From a virus (lineage: Duplodnaviria > Caudoviricetes), in the IMG/VR virus record IMGVR_UViG_3300031892_000002, positions 1 to 49,250 of that record: 49,250 nt of DNA, one strand, 5' to 3'. The notes under the pieces were generated by a model. That model was not told the DNA's origin and did no database searches. It saw nothing but the letters and a program-made list of their open reading frames with translations. Shown here one piece after another: positions 28,399 to 37,139 of the stretch; within the stretch, counting starts at the first letter, position 1; the number at the start of each line of letters is the position of its first letter. The translations under genes and the position numbers were made by a program.

Positions 28399-28688
28399 TC
28401 ACCATCCCCGGACATGATCCAGCCGACCATGTACGCCGCGGCGAGGACCGACAGAGGCCACACCGCCCACCAGTGATCTCCCCATACCCACGCCGCGGTG
28501 ACTGTGCCCGCCGCAGCCCACATGCCGGCGCACCAGTTGCACTGCAGGAGTTCCGCGGCTTTGGATTCGATCCCAAGAGCGTTCACCAGGCGCATGCGGA
28601 CACCGGCGGTGATGGTGTCGGTTGTGATGATTCGGGTGATCCGGGCCGCGGCCAGGACGGCAATCACGGTGAGCCATGGCGAGATCAT
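28395..28688 (-). CDS. DUF1360-like membrane protein
   Basis: A.ARITR.IT.D.I...R, L.C.WC.G.W and TM helices. Confidence 0.75.
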   Translation of the reverse strand: MISPWLTVIAVLAAARITRIITTDTITAGVRMRLVNALGIESKAAELLQCNWCAGMWAAAGTVTAAWVWGDHWWAVWPLSVLAAAYMVGWIMSGDGE

Positions 28689-28789
28689 GCCCATATCGTG
28701 GCACAGAGGCCCCGAACATGGGCGTCCCCCGTACACCGGGCAGTGGGTACGGGGGACGTCTGGGCCCCGTGGGGAAGGGCGTTTTCAGG

Positions 28790-30133
28790 CTAGCGGATGG
28801 AACCGCGTGGGGCGTGGAGCTTGGACCGTCCGCGGTTCGGCGGGTTGAGGAACATGACGGCGTACCGTGCGGTGTCCAGGGCGTGGTCGCCTTCCTTGAC
28901 GGGTGTGTCCTGTTTCTTGTCGCTGTCTTCCCACACGTATCCGGTGATCTCTTCGACGAAGCTCGTGGGTTTCCTGGCGTTCTTAAGCTTGCGGTCGATG
29001 CGGACGGAGGAGTCGCGCATGACCATAAGCCTGGGCTTGCCGTCGCCGGAGACCTTCAGCATGGTCTTGAACTGGTCGATTCCGATCTTGACGCGCTTGT
29101 CCGCGGCCCTGGTCGACATGCCCAGGTGTTTGGCGAGGGTGGCGCGGCCTTCTGCGTCGTGGTCGCACACGACAGCGCGTGGCTTCGTCTCCTTCCACAC
29201 GCCCTTGCTGTCTTGCATCTGGCGCAGTGCCAGTTTGGCCATGTCTTCGACGAGCATTCCGGTGAGGTAGATCTCCCGGAACATGATCATGCGGCCGTCG
29301 GGGTCTGTTGCCCACCACTGCATCACCATCGGGTTCGTGTATCCGAAGTCGACGGCGATGATCCGGGGCCACTCGTCGGGCACCGGGAAGTGGTCGATCA
29401 GGTGGACTCCTTCGTTCCACTCGTCGTACACCAGGCCCTCGGCTGCGGCCCACTGGCCGTGGAGGAGCCTGGAGCGGCGTACACCGGTCAGCCCGTCCAG
29501 GGTCTCCATGTACGCTGCGCCGGCCTTCGTCGGCGTGCCGTCCGCGTGGAAGTATCCGGGGTTGTCCCGGTGCAGAGACGTCAGCAGGCGCAGCTGCCCA
29601 CTGTTCCCACGCTCCTTGATCCAGTGTGTGGGTGCGCCCGGGTTGCACGCACCCCACTGGGCCTGCCACGGGAGGACACCGTTGCGAAGCCGGGTCTTGA
29701 TGTACTCCCAGTCTTCCAACGTCAGCTCGGTGGCTTCGTCGGCGAACGCGAGATCGTACTCGGCGGACATGATCTGCTCTGGCTTGTTCATGCCACCGAC
29801 GACGATCTCCGACCCGTTGGCGTACAGGAACGCCGGCGGCGACTTCGGGGATCCGCCGTACCAGCGCAGCAGACCAGCGGCCAACGCCTCTTTGGCCACC
29901 TTCTTGTTGAACGTGACCAGCGTCGTCGCAGCCAGTGACACTGCGGTCTTACGGACCATGAGGCAGCGGATACCCGGGTTCGACAGGCACAGCAGATGCA
30001 TGCGCATCAACGCAGCGTTGGACTTCCCCGTACCCGCCGCCCCAGCAATGATCAACTCTCGGTCACGGGACCGGAACAACTCACGCGCTGCGCCCCGAAC
30101 CTCGAACCTGACCTCAGGCACGGCAGAACCCAT
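28790..30133 (-). CDS. terL: terminase large subunit
   Basis: Walker A GAAGTGKS, Walker B FADEATE, nuclease VDFGYTNP and DHALDTARY; start uncertain. Confidence 0.93.
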   Translation of the reverse strand: MGSAVPEVRFEVRGAARELFRSRDRELIIAGAAGTGKSNAALMRMHLLCLSNPGIRCLMVRKTAVSLAATTLVTFNKKVAKEALAAGLLRWYGGSPKSPPAFLYANGSEIVVGGMNKPEQIMSAEYDLAFADEATELTLEDWEYIKTRLRNGVLPWQAQWGACNPGAPTHWIKERGNSGQLRLLTSLHRDNPGYFHADGTPTKAGAAYMETLDGLTGVRRSRLLHGQWAAAEGLVYDEWNEGVHLIDHFPVPDEWPRIIAVDFGYTNPMVMQWWATDPDGRMIMFREIYLTGMLVEDMAKLALRQMQDSKGVWKETKPRAVVCDHDAEGRATLAKHLGMSTRAADKRVKIGIDQFKTMLKVSGDGKPRLMVMRDSSVRIDRKLKNARKPTSFVEEITGYVWEDSDKKQDTPVKEGDHALDTARYAVMFLNPPNRGRSKLHAPRGSIR

Positions 30134-30329
30134 CGCAGCACCCGAGTTCACCACACTGGTCACCGCGCTCCCACCGATCGAGACCATCCAGGGCCCGCTG
30201 GACGGCATCACGGATGGACTGCTGATCCATCTCGCGCTTACGGATCCGGGGACGAACCTGCTTCCGGTAGTGGCGTCCGTGCCGGCGGCGTTCCAGCACA
30301 TCGACGCGCTTGATGCTCCGCGCGGTCAT
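30114..30329 (-). CDS. small basic hypothetical protein
   Basis: ATGA coupling with the upstream gene. Confidence 0.5.
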   Translation of the reverse strand: MTARSIKRVDVLERRRHGRHYRKQVRPRIRKREMDQQSIRDAVQRALDGLDRWERGDQCGELGCCDGFCRA

Positions 30330-30649
30330 CGCCGGTTCTTCCGCTTCACCCGGTTGCGCTGACGCTGCCGGTACCGGGCGTCGAGGAACGAGCGCATGCC
30401 GAAACGGGCCAGGGGAATGCCGGTACGCCGGGCGACGAAGCTTGCGGTGCGGTAGCTGGCGCCACGAAGCCACGCTTCGGTCTCCGGGGCCATGTCATGG
30501 CAGCCGCAGAGGCTGTTCAGCTCCTCCACGGACATGCGTGGCATCTCGGTGACGGTGAACCCAGTGAGGTCGATGAGAGTGCCATCGTCGTCGTCACCGG
30601 CGAGTTCGTAGATCGTGTCTCGGGGGGAACACCACTGCGCGTCAGTCAC
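30326..30649 (-). CDS. hypothetical protein
   Basis: ORF tiling; GGAG RBS. Confidence 0.6.
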   Translation of the reverse strand: MTDAQWCSPRDTIYELAGDDDDGTLIDLTGFTVTEMPRMSVEELNSLCGCHDMAPETEAWLRGASYRTASFVARRTGIPLARFGMRSFLDARYRQRQRNRVKRKNRR

Positions 30650-30869
30650 TGGTGGGCTCCCCGAAGGTGACCGGGTGGGGTGTCTCCGGGGCGTTGGAGC
30701 GGACGACCATGCCCCACACCTCGACCATGCGGATGGCTTCGTCGCGGTCCTTGAGGCATCGGGCGACTTCGCCGTCGCTGTTGTTTCGCTGGCGACGCTG
30801 GATCTCCGCGTCCGATGCCCTGACGGCCCATTCGTGCATGGCGTGGAGTGCGTCCTGCCTGCTACTCAT
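30642..30869 (-). CDS. hypothetical protein
   Basis: ORF tiling with short overlaps. Confidence 0.6.
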   Translation of the reverse strand: MSSRQDALHAMHEWAVRASDAEIQRRQRNNSDGEVARCLKDRDEAIRMVEVWGMVVRSNAPETPHPVTFGEPTSD

Positions 30870-31365
30870 CGTTCATCCCCACGATCTTGTAGGTGACTTC
30901 CTGGGTGACTTGCTGCTGTGCAGGCTGGTCGAGGCCGCGGAGGCGGCGGAGACTCTCGGTGTTCTTCTGGATCTGGTCGGCGAACTTGATCAGCCGGTCC
31001 ATGACCTTGAGCCTGTATTCGGGGTCTTCGATGGCCGGCCCGTCGGGGTCGTCGGGGTTGGCGATCATGCGGCCATGTTCGAGTTCGGCTAGTGCCTCTT
31101 CCCTGGTGTCTTTGAGGATCGCGCGCTCGGTCTCAAGCTCGTCGATCATGTCGGGGATGGCTTCCATGGCGGGACGGAGGCGTGCCATGTCGAGGCAGCG
31201 TCGGACGCGTTGGTGGGCGGATCCGACGCTGATGCCGAGTTCTTCGGCGATCTGCCGGTAGCGCTTCTTTTGGCGGAAGAGGGCAACGGCCTTGCGGTCG
31301 AGGTCGTCTGACTCCGCGGTCTGGAGGTACTGGCCGTCGCCGTCTCGCTCTCGTTCACTGGGCAT
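30862..31365 (-). CDS. terminase small subunit (HTH)
   Basis: YRQIAEELGISVGSAH HTH, C-terminal R.LRGLD.P; AGGAGG RBS; upstream of TerL. Confidence 0.72.
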   Translation of the reverse strand: MPSERERDGDGQYLQTAESDDLDRKAVALFRQKKRYRQIAEELGISVGSAHQRVRRCLDMARLRPAMEAIPDMIDELETERAILKDTREEALAELEHGRMIANPDDPDGPAIEDPEYRLKVMDRLIKFADQIQKNTESLRRLRGLDQPAQQQVTQEVTYKIVGMNDE

Positions 31366-31402
31366 CGTTCACCTCCTGAACTAGTGGTTTTGTGCTAGCA
31401 GG

Positions 31403-32281
31403 TTAGGGGAGCCACGGGGCGATGGCCGACGTCCAGGTGTTGGCGATGTGGAGGTACCCGGATTCGAGGGGGTGGGTGCCGTCTGCGGTCCAGTGGGTGG
31501 AGAGTTGGCGCATGTCGGCGGTGGTGACGCGGTTCGAGCCGGCGCGTGCGGTTACTGCGGCGGTGACCCATCCGTTGATGGTGGTGGTGCCAGCGTCGAG
31601 GTAGGGTCGGCGGTAGTGCTGGAGGAGTGCGCACGCGACCTTGACGGTGGGGCTGCTGGCGAGGATGGCGTCGATGAGTTGGCCGTAGCGGTTTTGCCAG
31701 TCGTCGGTGTCGGTGCCGATGTCGTTGGTTCCGAGGTGGATGAGGACGATGTCGGGTCTGGCGGTGGGGAGGGCTGCGATGACGCGCGGTGACTGGTGGC
31801 GGAGTGTCTGTCCGCCTTCGGCGATGACGGTGAGTTCGGTTTTGATGCGGCGTCGGGTGAGGTTGCTGATGAGCCAGGGCTTGTAGCCCTGTCCGGTGCC
31901 GAGGTAGTACTGGTTGTATCCGCCTCCGGGGCTTGTGGAGCCGGCGCCTTCGGTGATGCTGTCGCCTACGCACATGATCTTGAGTGTGGTGGTGGGTGGG
32001 GCGAGGATGGCGTAGAGGCCGTCGATGCCGTCGCGGTGGTGGGTGGCCAGCGCGTTCTGCCGGTTTTCGGTGTCGCGGTGGTTGTGGGCGGAGGAGTCGT
32101 CGTCCCATGGGACGCCGGTCTGGTCGGTCCATCCGTCGCTGGTGGCGCCGATGGCTTCGGCGGTGAATGCGCTGGGTGAGTAGGTGTCGGTGACGGTCGC
32201 GGCGTTGGCCTTGTTGCCGATGGCGAGCATTCCGGCTATGCCTGCGCTGATGATGGCCGCGCGGCGGGTGATGGCGTTCAT
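31403..32281 (-). CDS. SGNH/GDSL hydrolase with twin-arginine-like signal peptide
   Basis: GDSIT, GTND and DGTHP blocks; N-terminal TRR, hydrophobic stretch and ANA site. Confidence 0.88.
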   Translation of the reverse strand: MNAITRRAAIISAGIAGMLAIGNKANAATVTDTYSPSAFTAEAIGATSDGWTDQTGVPWDDDSSAHNHRDTENRQNALATHHRDGIDGLYAILAPPTTTLKIMCVGDSITEGAGSTSPGGGYNQYYLGTGQGYKPWLISNLTRRRIKTELTVIAEGGQTLRHQSPRVIAALPTARPDIVLIHLGTNDIGTDTDDWQNRYGQLIDAILASSPTVKVACALLQHYRRPYLDAGTTTINGWVTAAVTARAGSNRVTTADMRQLSTHWTADGTHPLESGYLHIANTWTSAIAPWLP

Positions 32282-32454
32282 GGGCGTGCCTTGTTCATGT
32301 GGTCGGTGAGGGCTTCGGCGTAGTTGCCGATCAGGTTCTGGGCGTGGGTCTGTGCTTCTTCATACGAGTAGCCTGCCACCTCTTCGTAGTAGGAGGAGAG
32401 GCGCGCGTGGATGCCTTCGTAGGCGGCGGACAGGCGTTCCGAGGTGTCGGTCAT
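32278..32454 (-). CDS. small hypothetical protein
   Basis: AGGAG RBS; ATGA coupling. Confidence 0.6.
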   Translation of the reverse strand: MTDTSERLSAAYEGIHARLSSYYEEVAGYSYEEAQTHAQNLIGNYAEALTDHMNKARP

Positions 32455-32524
32455 TGCTGCTCCTAGTGGATCAGGTGCCATGTACCGGGGGTGAACCCGC
32501 CGATGGATGGCCGCGTGGATTCGG

Positions 32525-32764
32525 TCATAGGGCGTCCTCCGATGGTTGGCGGCCGGCTTGTCGGGGGTCCTGGTGGCAGATGCCGGTGTGCCAGCTGTTG
32601 CCGTTGCAGGGGACTTTTTCGACGCCGCGAGTCCCAGGTACGGGGACAGAGACTCTGTGCGGGCATCGGTTGCAGCCTTCGCCCATGTAGGTTCCTCCAC
32701 ACCATCGAAGTTCGCATCCGTGGCACTGATTGTCTGTGCAGCCCCCGCAGGTCTGGCACGTCAT
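32525..32764 (-). CDS. Cys-rich putative Zn-binding protein
   Basis: CxxCxxC, CxxC and CxxC motifs; ATGA coupling. Confidence 0.55.
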   Translation of the reverse strand: MTCQTCGGCTDNQCHGCELRWCGGTYMGEGCNRCPHRVSVPVPGTRGVEKVPCNGNSWHTGICHQDPRQAGRQPSEDAL

Positions 32765-33192
32765 GGTGCCCATGTCTTCTGGTAGTCGGGATGGGTGGCG
32801 TATGGCAGGGCGAGGAGGCGGAGGGCGGTGTCGATCAGATCCCATGTGTCGTGGGTTCCGTACTCGTCGAACGCGTCCAACTGCCGCCGTTTGGCGTCGA
32901 CCTCGGCCAGCACCCGAGCGGGGTCATGACGGGCGATGTGGGTGGCCGTGTCATCCGCCGCTGCGGAGCGGTAGCGCGGGCCTACCGCTCCGGGCTGACC
33001 ACTCAGGGCTTGATCGTGATCGTAGACAGCGACTGAGGCGACGGTCCACTGGTCGTCGTAGATGGTCCAGGCGCCCACGTCTCCAGCGCCATAGCCACGC
33101 CAGCTAGCGTGACCGCCGGCTGCCGCCCCAAGGGCAGTCCGCCCGTCTTCGTCGAGGCGGGCGCGGAGGAACGCGATCAGGTCTGCGGTCAT
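32761..33192 (-). CDS. DUF6221 family protein
   Basis: L.AFLRARLDED...ARHDPARVLAEV.AKR...LRLLALPYA.HPDY...W. Confidence 0.85.
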   Translation of the reverse strand: MTADLIAFLRARLDEDGRTALGAAAGGHASWRGYGAGDVGAWTIYDDQWTVASVAVYDHDQALSGQPGAVGPRYRSAAADDTATHIARHDPARVLAEVDAKRRQLDAFDEYGTHDTWDLIDTALRLLALPYATHPDYQKTWAP

Positions 33193-33196
33193 CGGG

Positions 33197-33514
33197 TCAG
33201 TCTCCGGGGGTGGTCGTGTGAGGGGGGTCGCAGGGCAGCGAGTGGGGGCCGGGCTGCTCCCAGTTCTCGTCTTCGCTGTATCGGGTGTACAGGGCGACGG
33301 TGGCACCGAGGAGTTCGTTTTTGGCGCGGTCGACTACGGCGCATTGCTCGTCAGGTTCCCAGGTTGAGAAGCCGTTGGGAACGGCGATGCTGAGTTCGCG
33401 GGGTCCGTCGAGTTCCAGCCTGACTGTGATGCGGGGGCCGGCCTGAATGCGCTTTTCAATGTTTGCGTCCCAGGGCATGTTGGCGAGGATCTGGCGGAGT
33501 TCTTCGACGGTCAT
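33197..33514 (-). CDS. hypothetical protein
   Basis: AGGAG RBS; ATGA coupling. Confidence 0.65.
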   Translation of the reverse strand: MTVEELRQILANMPWDANIEKRIQAGPRITVRLELDGPRELSIAVPNGFSTWEPDEQCAVVDRAKNELLGATVALYTRYSEDENWEQPGPHSLPCDPPHTTTPGD

Positions 33515-33879
33515 GGCTGCTCCTGGTCGAGTCGGGTTACGCCTTCGGCTTCGCTGGTCCATCGGGAGACTGTCTCTCCGCTGGTGGTGTATTTGGGGTC
33601 GTTTTCGTGGAGGCCGGTGTGGTCGTAGGGGAACCGGCAGTAGAGACGTTCCTCGGCGCCCAGGAAGTTGATCGTGTAGATGGACGGGCAGGCTCCGGCC
33701 GGCTGTTGGGTGGCTTCGGCGGTGGCGATCGTGGCGTGTGCGGTGGCGAGGTTGCTTTCGATGAGGGCCATGGTGCGGTGGAACTCGGTGTCCTCGGGGG
33801 TGGTGGCGGCGATGTACGAGCTGTGGTGTCCTTCGGCCCTGGTCGCTCGCCGCTTCGCCTCGGTGAGGTGGTCGGTCAC
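33511..33879 (-). CDS. hypothetical protein
   Basis: GTGA coupling; C...C..PYDHTGLH motif. Confidence 0.65.
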   Translation of the reverse strand: MTDHLTEAKRRATRAEGHHSSYIAATTPEDTEFHRTMALIESNLATAHATIATAEATQQPAGACPSIYTINFLGAEERLYCRFPYDHTGLHENDPKYTTSGETVSRWTSEAEGVTRLDQEQP

Positions 33880-34091
33880 TGTCCGTCCTTGATGGCGTTG
33901 TGGATCTGGATGAGTGTTTCGTTGATGGCGAGGAGTGCCTGTGCGGTGGCGCAGGCTGCGGTGGCTTGGATCATGGCGGCGTCTCCGGTGATTTGGTGGG
34001 TTGGGATTGGCCCGTTGGGGATGGAGACGAGACGCTCAAGGGCTCCCTTCACGTTGATGCTGGCCGCTTCGTAGTGGCTGTACTGGGTCAT
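33876..34091 (-). CDS. hypothetical protein
   Basis: RBS; A..HA.LA-like helix. Confidence 0.6.
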   Translation of the reverse strand: MTQYSHYEAASINVKGALERLVSIPNGPIPTHQITGDAAMIQATAACATAQALLAINETLIQIHNAIKDGQ

Positions 34092-34095
34092 GGGA

Positions 34096-34215
34096 TCAGT
34101 CTTCCTTCTGCTCTGCCGGGGTGTCGAAGCCTTGCCAGACGACGGATTGGCCGTCGCCTCGGGTGATGATGGTGGGTTCGGGGAGGGGCTGCGGTTCGGA
34201 CTGCTGGTCAGGCAT
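34096..34215 (-). CDS. 39-aa hypothetical protein
   Basis: GGAGGAG RBS; fills the gap. Confidence 0.5.
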   Translation of the reverse strand: MPDQQSEPQPLPEPTIITRGDGQSVVWQGFDTPAEQKED

Positions 34216-34540
34216 CGGGGTTCTCCTCCGGGGTAGGGCGTTCGTTGGTGTAGGGGCCGGCGGCGCGTTCGACGATGAAATGTACGCGGGGGGTGGGTGG
34301 GTTGGGGTCGCCGTGGGGGTAGGCGGCGGATCCGTAGGCGGGGTAGTTCCAGTACCGTTCGAGGATCTTGTACTGGTGGAATCCACCGGACGGTCCGATG
34401 ACGTCGCCGACTGCAGGGACGTGGTGGGTGCGTAGGTCTTCGCCGTACCACGTGTTGACGTGGACGTCTTCGTAGTCGGTGTATCCGTCCGCGGCGGTGG
34501 TCCGGATGGTGATGTTGATCTCTACCGGTCGGTCGGTCAT
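34208..34540 (-). CDS. hypothetical protein
   Basis: AGGAG RBS; ATGA coupling. Confidence 0.65.
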   Translation of the reverse strand: MTDRPVEINITIRTTAADGYTDYEDVHVNTWYGEDLRTHHVPAVGDVIGPSGGFHQYKILERYWNYPAYGSAAYPHGDPNPPTPRVHFIVERAAGPYTNERPTPEENPDA

Positions 34541-34941
34541 GCTGCGTTCTCCTTGTGGATGACGATGGCTCGTGCGGGGTTGTCGGGGTCGTCGATGATC
34601 GTGAACCCCTCCCCCACTACCGTGGCGGGCCCCTCTTGACCGCTTCCGTTGCTGGTCAGGGCGGTTGGGGTGTCGGTGGGGTCGGGGCCGGGAGAGGGTT
34701 TGTCGATCTTGCTGACCGCGGTGGCGACGTATGCGGCGTAGCACCATGCCGCCCCCGTGACGGGCATCAGGTAGGGCTGTTGGTGGGCCTGTTCCAGGAC
34801 CGCGGGGGCGCCTTTCCAGGCGATGACGGCGCCCCCGATTTTGGCCGGCCACGACAGGGCTACAGCGCGGCGGGTGAGGTTCCGGGCCACGATCCCGGAA
34901 CCGTCCCACAAGCGCTTCGCCGCGCGGCGTTGGATGGTCAC
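34537..34941 (-). CDS. putative membrane protein
   Basis: Two hydrophobic segments; GTGA coupling. Confidence 0.6.
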   Translation of the reverse strand: MTIQRRAAKRLWDGSGIVARNLTRRAVALSWPAKIGGAVIAWKGAPAVLEQAHQQPYLMPVTGAAWCYAAYVATAVSKIDKPSPGPDPTDTPTALTSNGSGQEGPATVVGEGFTIIDDPDNPARAIVIHKENAA

Positions 34942-35252
34942 CGGCCGACGCTGGTCTGCGTGATCGTGGTGCCGGTCTGGTCGGCAGTCTGCTTCACGGT
35001 GTTGAGGAGGGTGCCGAAGACACCGGCGCCGCCGTACAGGCAGACGGTGGCGACGATCGAAGCAATGACCATCTTCTTTGTCTCGTCGGTGAGTCCACCG
35101 GACTTGGCGCGCCACTTCGTGATGATGACTGCGGCGATGATGACGCCGACAATGAGGGCACCTCCCTGGGTCCCGGAGACTTCGAGATTGGGGGCCTGTT
35201 CTGGGGCGGCGAGCCTGGCGGTGTCGATGGCGGTGGCGAGCATGGGGGTCAC
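34938..35252 (-). CDS. 2-TM membrane protein
   Basis: GALIVGVIIAAVII and MVIASIVATVCLYGGAGVF helices. Confidence 0.72.
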   Translation of the reverse strand: MTPMLATAIDTARLAAPEQAPNLEVSGTQGGALIVGVIIAAVIITKWRAKSGGLTDETKKMVIASIVATVCLYGGAGVFGTLLNTVKQTADQTGTTITQTSVGR

Positions 35253-35262
35253 GACAGGGTCC

Positions 35263-35433
35263 TTAGCTGAAAAGGTAGGGGGCGAGGAGGAGTAACGCGA
35301 TGGCGAATCCGAGCCATCGGAGGCGGGTCAGGAGCCATGTGCGGAGTCTGCTGGGGCAGCACATGAGGAGCAGCAGGAACGCGACCGGCACACCTGCGCG
35401 AACATCGGATACGGGCTGCTCACTCGTGCTCAC
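35263..35433 (-). CDS. 56-aa membrane peptide with in-frame TTA (not in ORF track)
   Basis: Hand translation MSTSEQPVSDVRAGVPVAFLLLLMCCPSRLRTWLLTRLRWLGFAIALLLLAPYLFS. Confidence 0.55.
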   Translation of the reverse strand: MSTSEQPVSDVRAGVPVAFLLLLMCCPSRLRTWLLTRLRWLGFAIALLLLAPYLFS

Positions 35434-35569
35434 CCCACGCGAGTACGCCGGCCCGGTTGATGCAGTCGGGATCCTGACAGGCGTGGATGTCGGCTGCCTG
35501 CGAGTACCAGAGCGGCGTTCCGTGGACGGGGCAGACGCAGCTGTCGTCGCACCGGTGCGGGGGCTTCAC
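35420..35569 (-). CDS. 49-aa Cys/His-rich peptide (not in ORF track)
   Basis: Hand translation MKPPHRCDDSCVCPVHGTPLWYSQAADIHACQDPDCINRAGVLAWGEHE; GTGA coupling. Confidence 0.55.
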   Translation of the reverse strand: MKPPHRCDDSCVCPVHGTPLWYSQAADIHACQDPDCINRAGVLAWGEHE

Positions 35570-35784
35570 CGTCCGTCCTTCCGGGTTGCGAGGTGGACGA
35601 TTCCGGTGATTGCGGCGAACACGAGGGTGAGGGGCCAGACGAAAGCGGCTCCGAGGCCGATCATGACTGCCATGTCGATGTCCCGGCGTTCGCTGAGGTA
35701 CTTCACCTCGATGATTGCGAAGGTGGGCCAGAGGATCGCGAAGGTGGTCGCGTAGGTGGTGAACAGGATCGGTCCGTAGTTCAC
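35566..35784 (-). CDS. 2-TM membrane protein
   Basis: Two hydrophobic helices, ..WP motif. Confidence 0.72.
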   Translation of the reverse strand: MNYGPILFTTYATTFAILWPTFAIIEVKYLSERRDIDMAVMIGLGAAFVWPLTLVFAAITGIVHLATRKDGR

Positions 35785-35927
35785 TGCTGCTCCCGGGTCC
35801 AGCCGAAGTTGCGGACGATGTCGGCCGGCGCGGGGTCCGGGGTGGTGGTGCGCTGTCCGTACTGGTCGGTGTGGGCGGATGCGGGGTGGGCCTGCCGGTC
35901 GAGGTCTCGGTCGGTGGGGGTGCTCAT
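35781..35927 (-). CDS. small hypothetical protein
   Basis: AGGAG RBS; GTGA coupling. Confidence 0.55.
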   Translation of the reverse strand: MSTPTDRDLDRQAHPASAHTDQYGQRTTTPDPAPADIVRNFGWTREQQ

Positions 35928-35929
35928 GG

Positions 35930-36085
35930 TCAGCTCCTGATGAGTAGGGGTGCGCATGCGGTGAGCATGACGGTGATGAGTAGGGCTGCGTCTGTGAGGA
36001 TGTGGCGCCATCGTCTTCGGTTGGTTGCGCAGAGGATGAGTAGGGCGAGGAGTGCCAGCGTCGCCCATGTGAGGGGGCTGCTCAC
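35930..36085 (-). CDS. 51-aa 2-TM membrane peptide (not in ORF track)
   Basis: Hand translation MSSPLTWATLALLALLILCATNRRRWRHILTDAALLITVMLTACAPLLIRS; AGGAG RBS. Confidence 0.6.
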   Translation of the reverse strand: MSSPLTWATLALLALLILCATNRRRWRHILTDAALLITVMLTACAPLLIRS

Positions 36086-36094
36086 GTTCGGCTC

Positions 36095-36796
36095 CTAGGC
36101 GGTTCGCTTGAGGGCTTCGACGTCGGCGCGTGAGTAGTGCTTGCGGTTGTTGGCGTCGATGTGTGCGCAGGTGAGCCGCGGCGTGCCTTTGGTGGTGCTG
36201 GTGTAGCGGCCGAAGGTGGCTCGGGAGACGCCGAGGATGCTCATGGCTTCGTCGGTGGTGATGAGGTCGTTGGGGAGGCTGACCATGCCGTGAGGAGTGG
36301 TCTCCTCAGGTAGGTAGACGGGGTGGTCAGGTTCCTCGTTGGGCTGCGCAGGGGGCTGCTCATCGTGACGAATTGCCTGGTCGGTGGGCTGCTCAATGGC
36401 GCGGTGGATGGCTTGCATGATCACGCCGAAGGCGAGGATTGATCCGAGGGGAGGCATAGCTGCGACGACGTAGTCGAGGAGGGGTGCGTGCGGTCCGACG
36501 GAGGTGACGTTGAGGGCGATCGAGGAGAGTCCGCCGAAGGCCAGGAGGAGGATCGCCCACCAGTCGACGGCTTTGGCGATCGCTGCGCGGAGGCAGAGGA
36601 GTTCACCGATGACGATGAACAGGTCGACGGTGGCGGGCCATGCCCATGCGCGCGCTGGGGCCTGCTTGAGGCCGTGTGCGGCGGCGGTTTCCTGGAGGTG
36701 TTGGTAGCTGAGCCAAAACGCGCCGGCGGTGAGCGCTACAGACGCTGCCATGGCGGCGCCGACGATGGCTCGCAGGGTACGCTCGTGGCTGGCCAC
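36095..36796 (-). CDS. DUF2637 (SpdA-like) 4-TM membrane protein with C-terminal HTH
   Basis: AF.LSY.HL...A..HG...AWAWP..VD, S.ALNV and VAA.PP motifs; LITTDEAMSILGVSRATF excisionase-like HTH. Confidence 0.8.
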   Translation of the reverse strand: MASHERTLRAIVGAAMAASVALTAGAFWLSYQHLQETAAAHGLKQAPARAWAWPATVDLFIVIGELLCLRAAIAKAVDWWAILLLAFGGLSSIALNVTSVGPHAPLLDYVVAAMPPLGSILAFGVIMQAIHRAIEQPTDQAIRHDEQPPAQPNEEPDHPVYLPEETTPHGMVSLPNDLITTDEAMSILGVSRATFGRYTSTTKGTPRLTCAHIDANNRKHYSRADVEALKRTA

Positions 36797-36864
36797 GGTT
36801 CTCTCCAAGGTGTCGTGGCTGGGGCGCCAAGGGGTCGAGTCCTGGGCGCCCCTTCCCATCTCCG

Positions 36865-36878
36865 GGTGGATACCCACC
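36865..36878. promoter_or_regulatory. palindromic operator GGTGGATACCCACC overlapping an extended -10 (TGcTAAGGT)
   Basis: One of four related intergenic palindromes. Confidence 0.7.
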
Positions 36879-36923
36879 TTAGCACGGGTTCGCCCCGGTC
36901 TGTCAGCCTTTGCGCAGGGCTCC

Positions 36924-37139
36924 TCAGAACGAGGAAGCTGGCAGGTTCGATACGCGTCCCCCGTGCTTCTCGGCCCAGATCTTCTGGTCGAGGTTGAGCA
37001 GTGCCTGACCAAGGTACTCACGGGCCTCGCGCAGGCTCAGCCCCCGGGTGGTCATGCTGATCGTCACATCCTCATCGTCCCGGTCGTCGATGACCAGGGT
37101 GATCAGGGGCTGATCACCCGTCTGCGCAGGGGTACTCAC
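36924..37139 (-). CDS. hypothetical protein
   Basis: GAGGAGG RBS; GTGA coupling. Confidence 0.65.
   Translation of the reverse strand: MSTPAQTGDQPLITLVIDDRDDEDVTISMTTRGLSLREAREYLGQALLNLDQKIWAEKHGGRVSNLPASSF

Noticed and set aside
32463-32528. 21-aa micro-ORF MTESTRPSIGGFTPGTWHLIH
   Set aside because: It has a GGAGG RBS and ATGA coupling but is too short to support as a functional gene; it may be a remnant.
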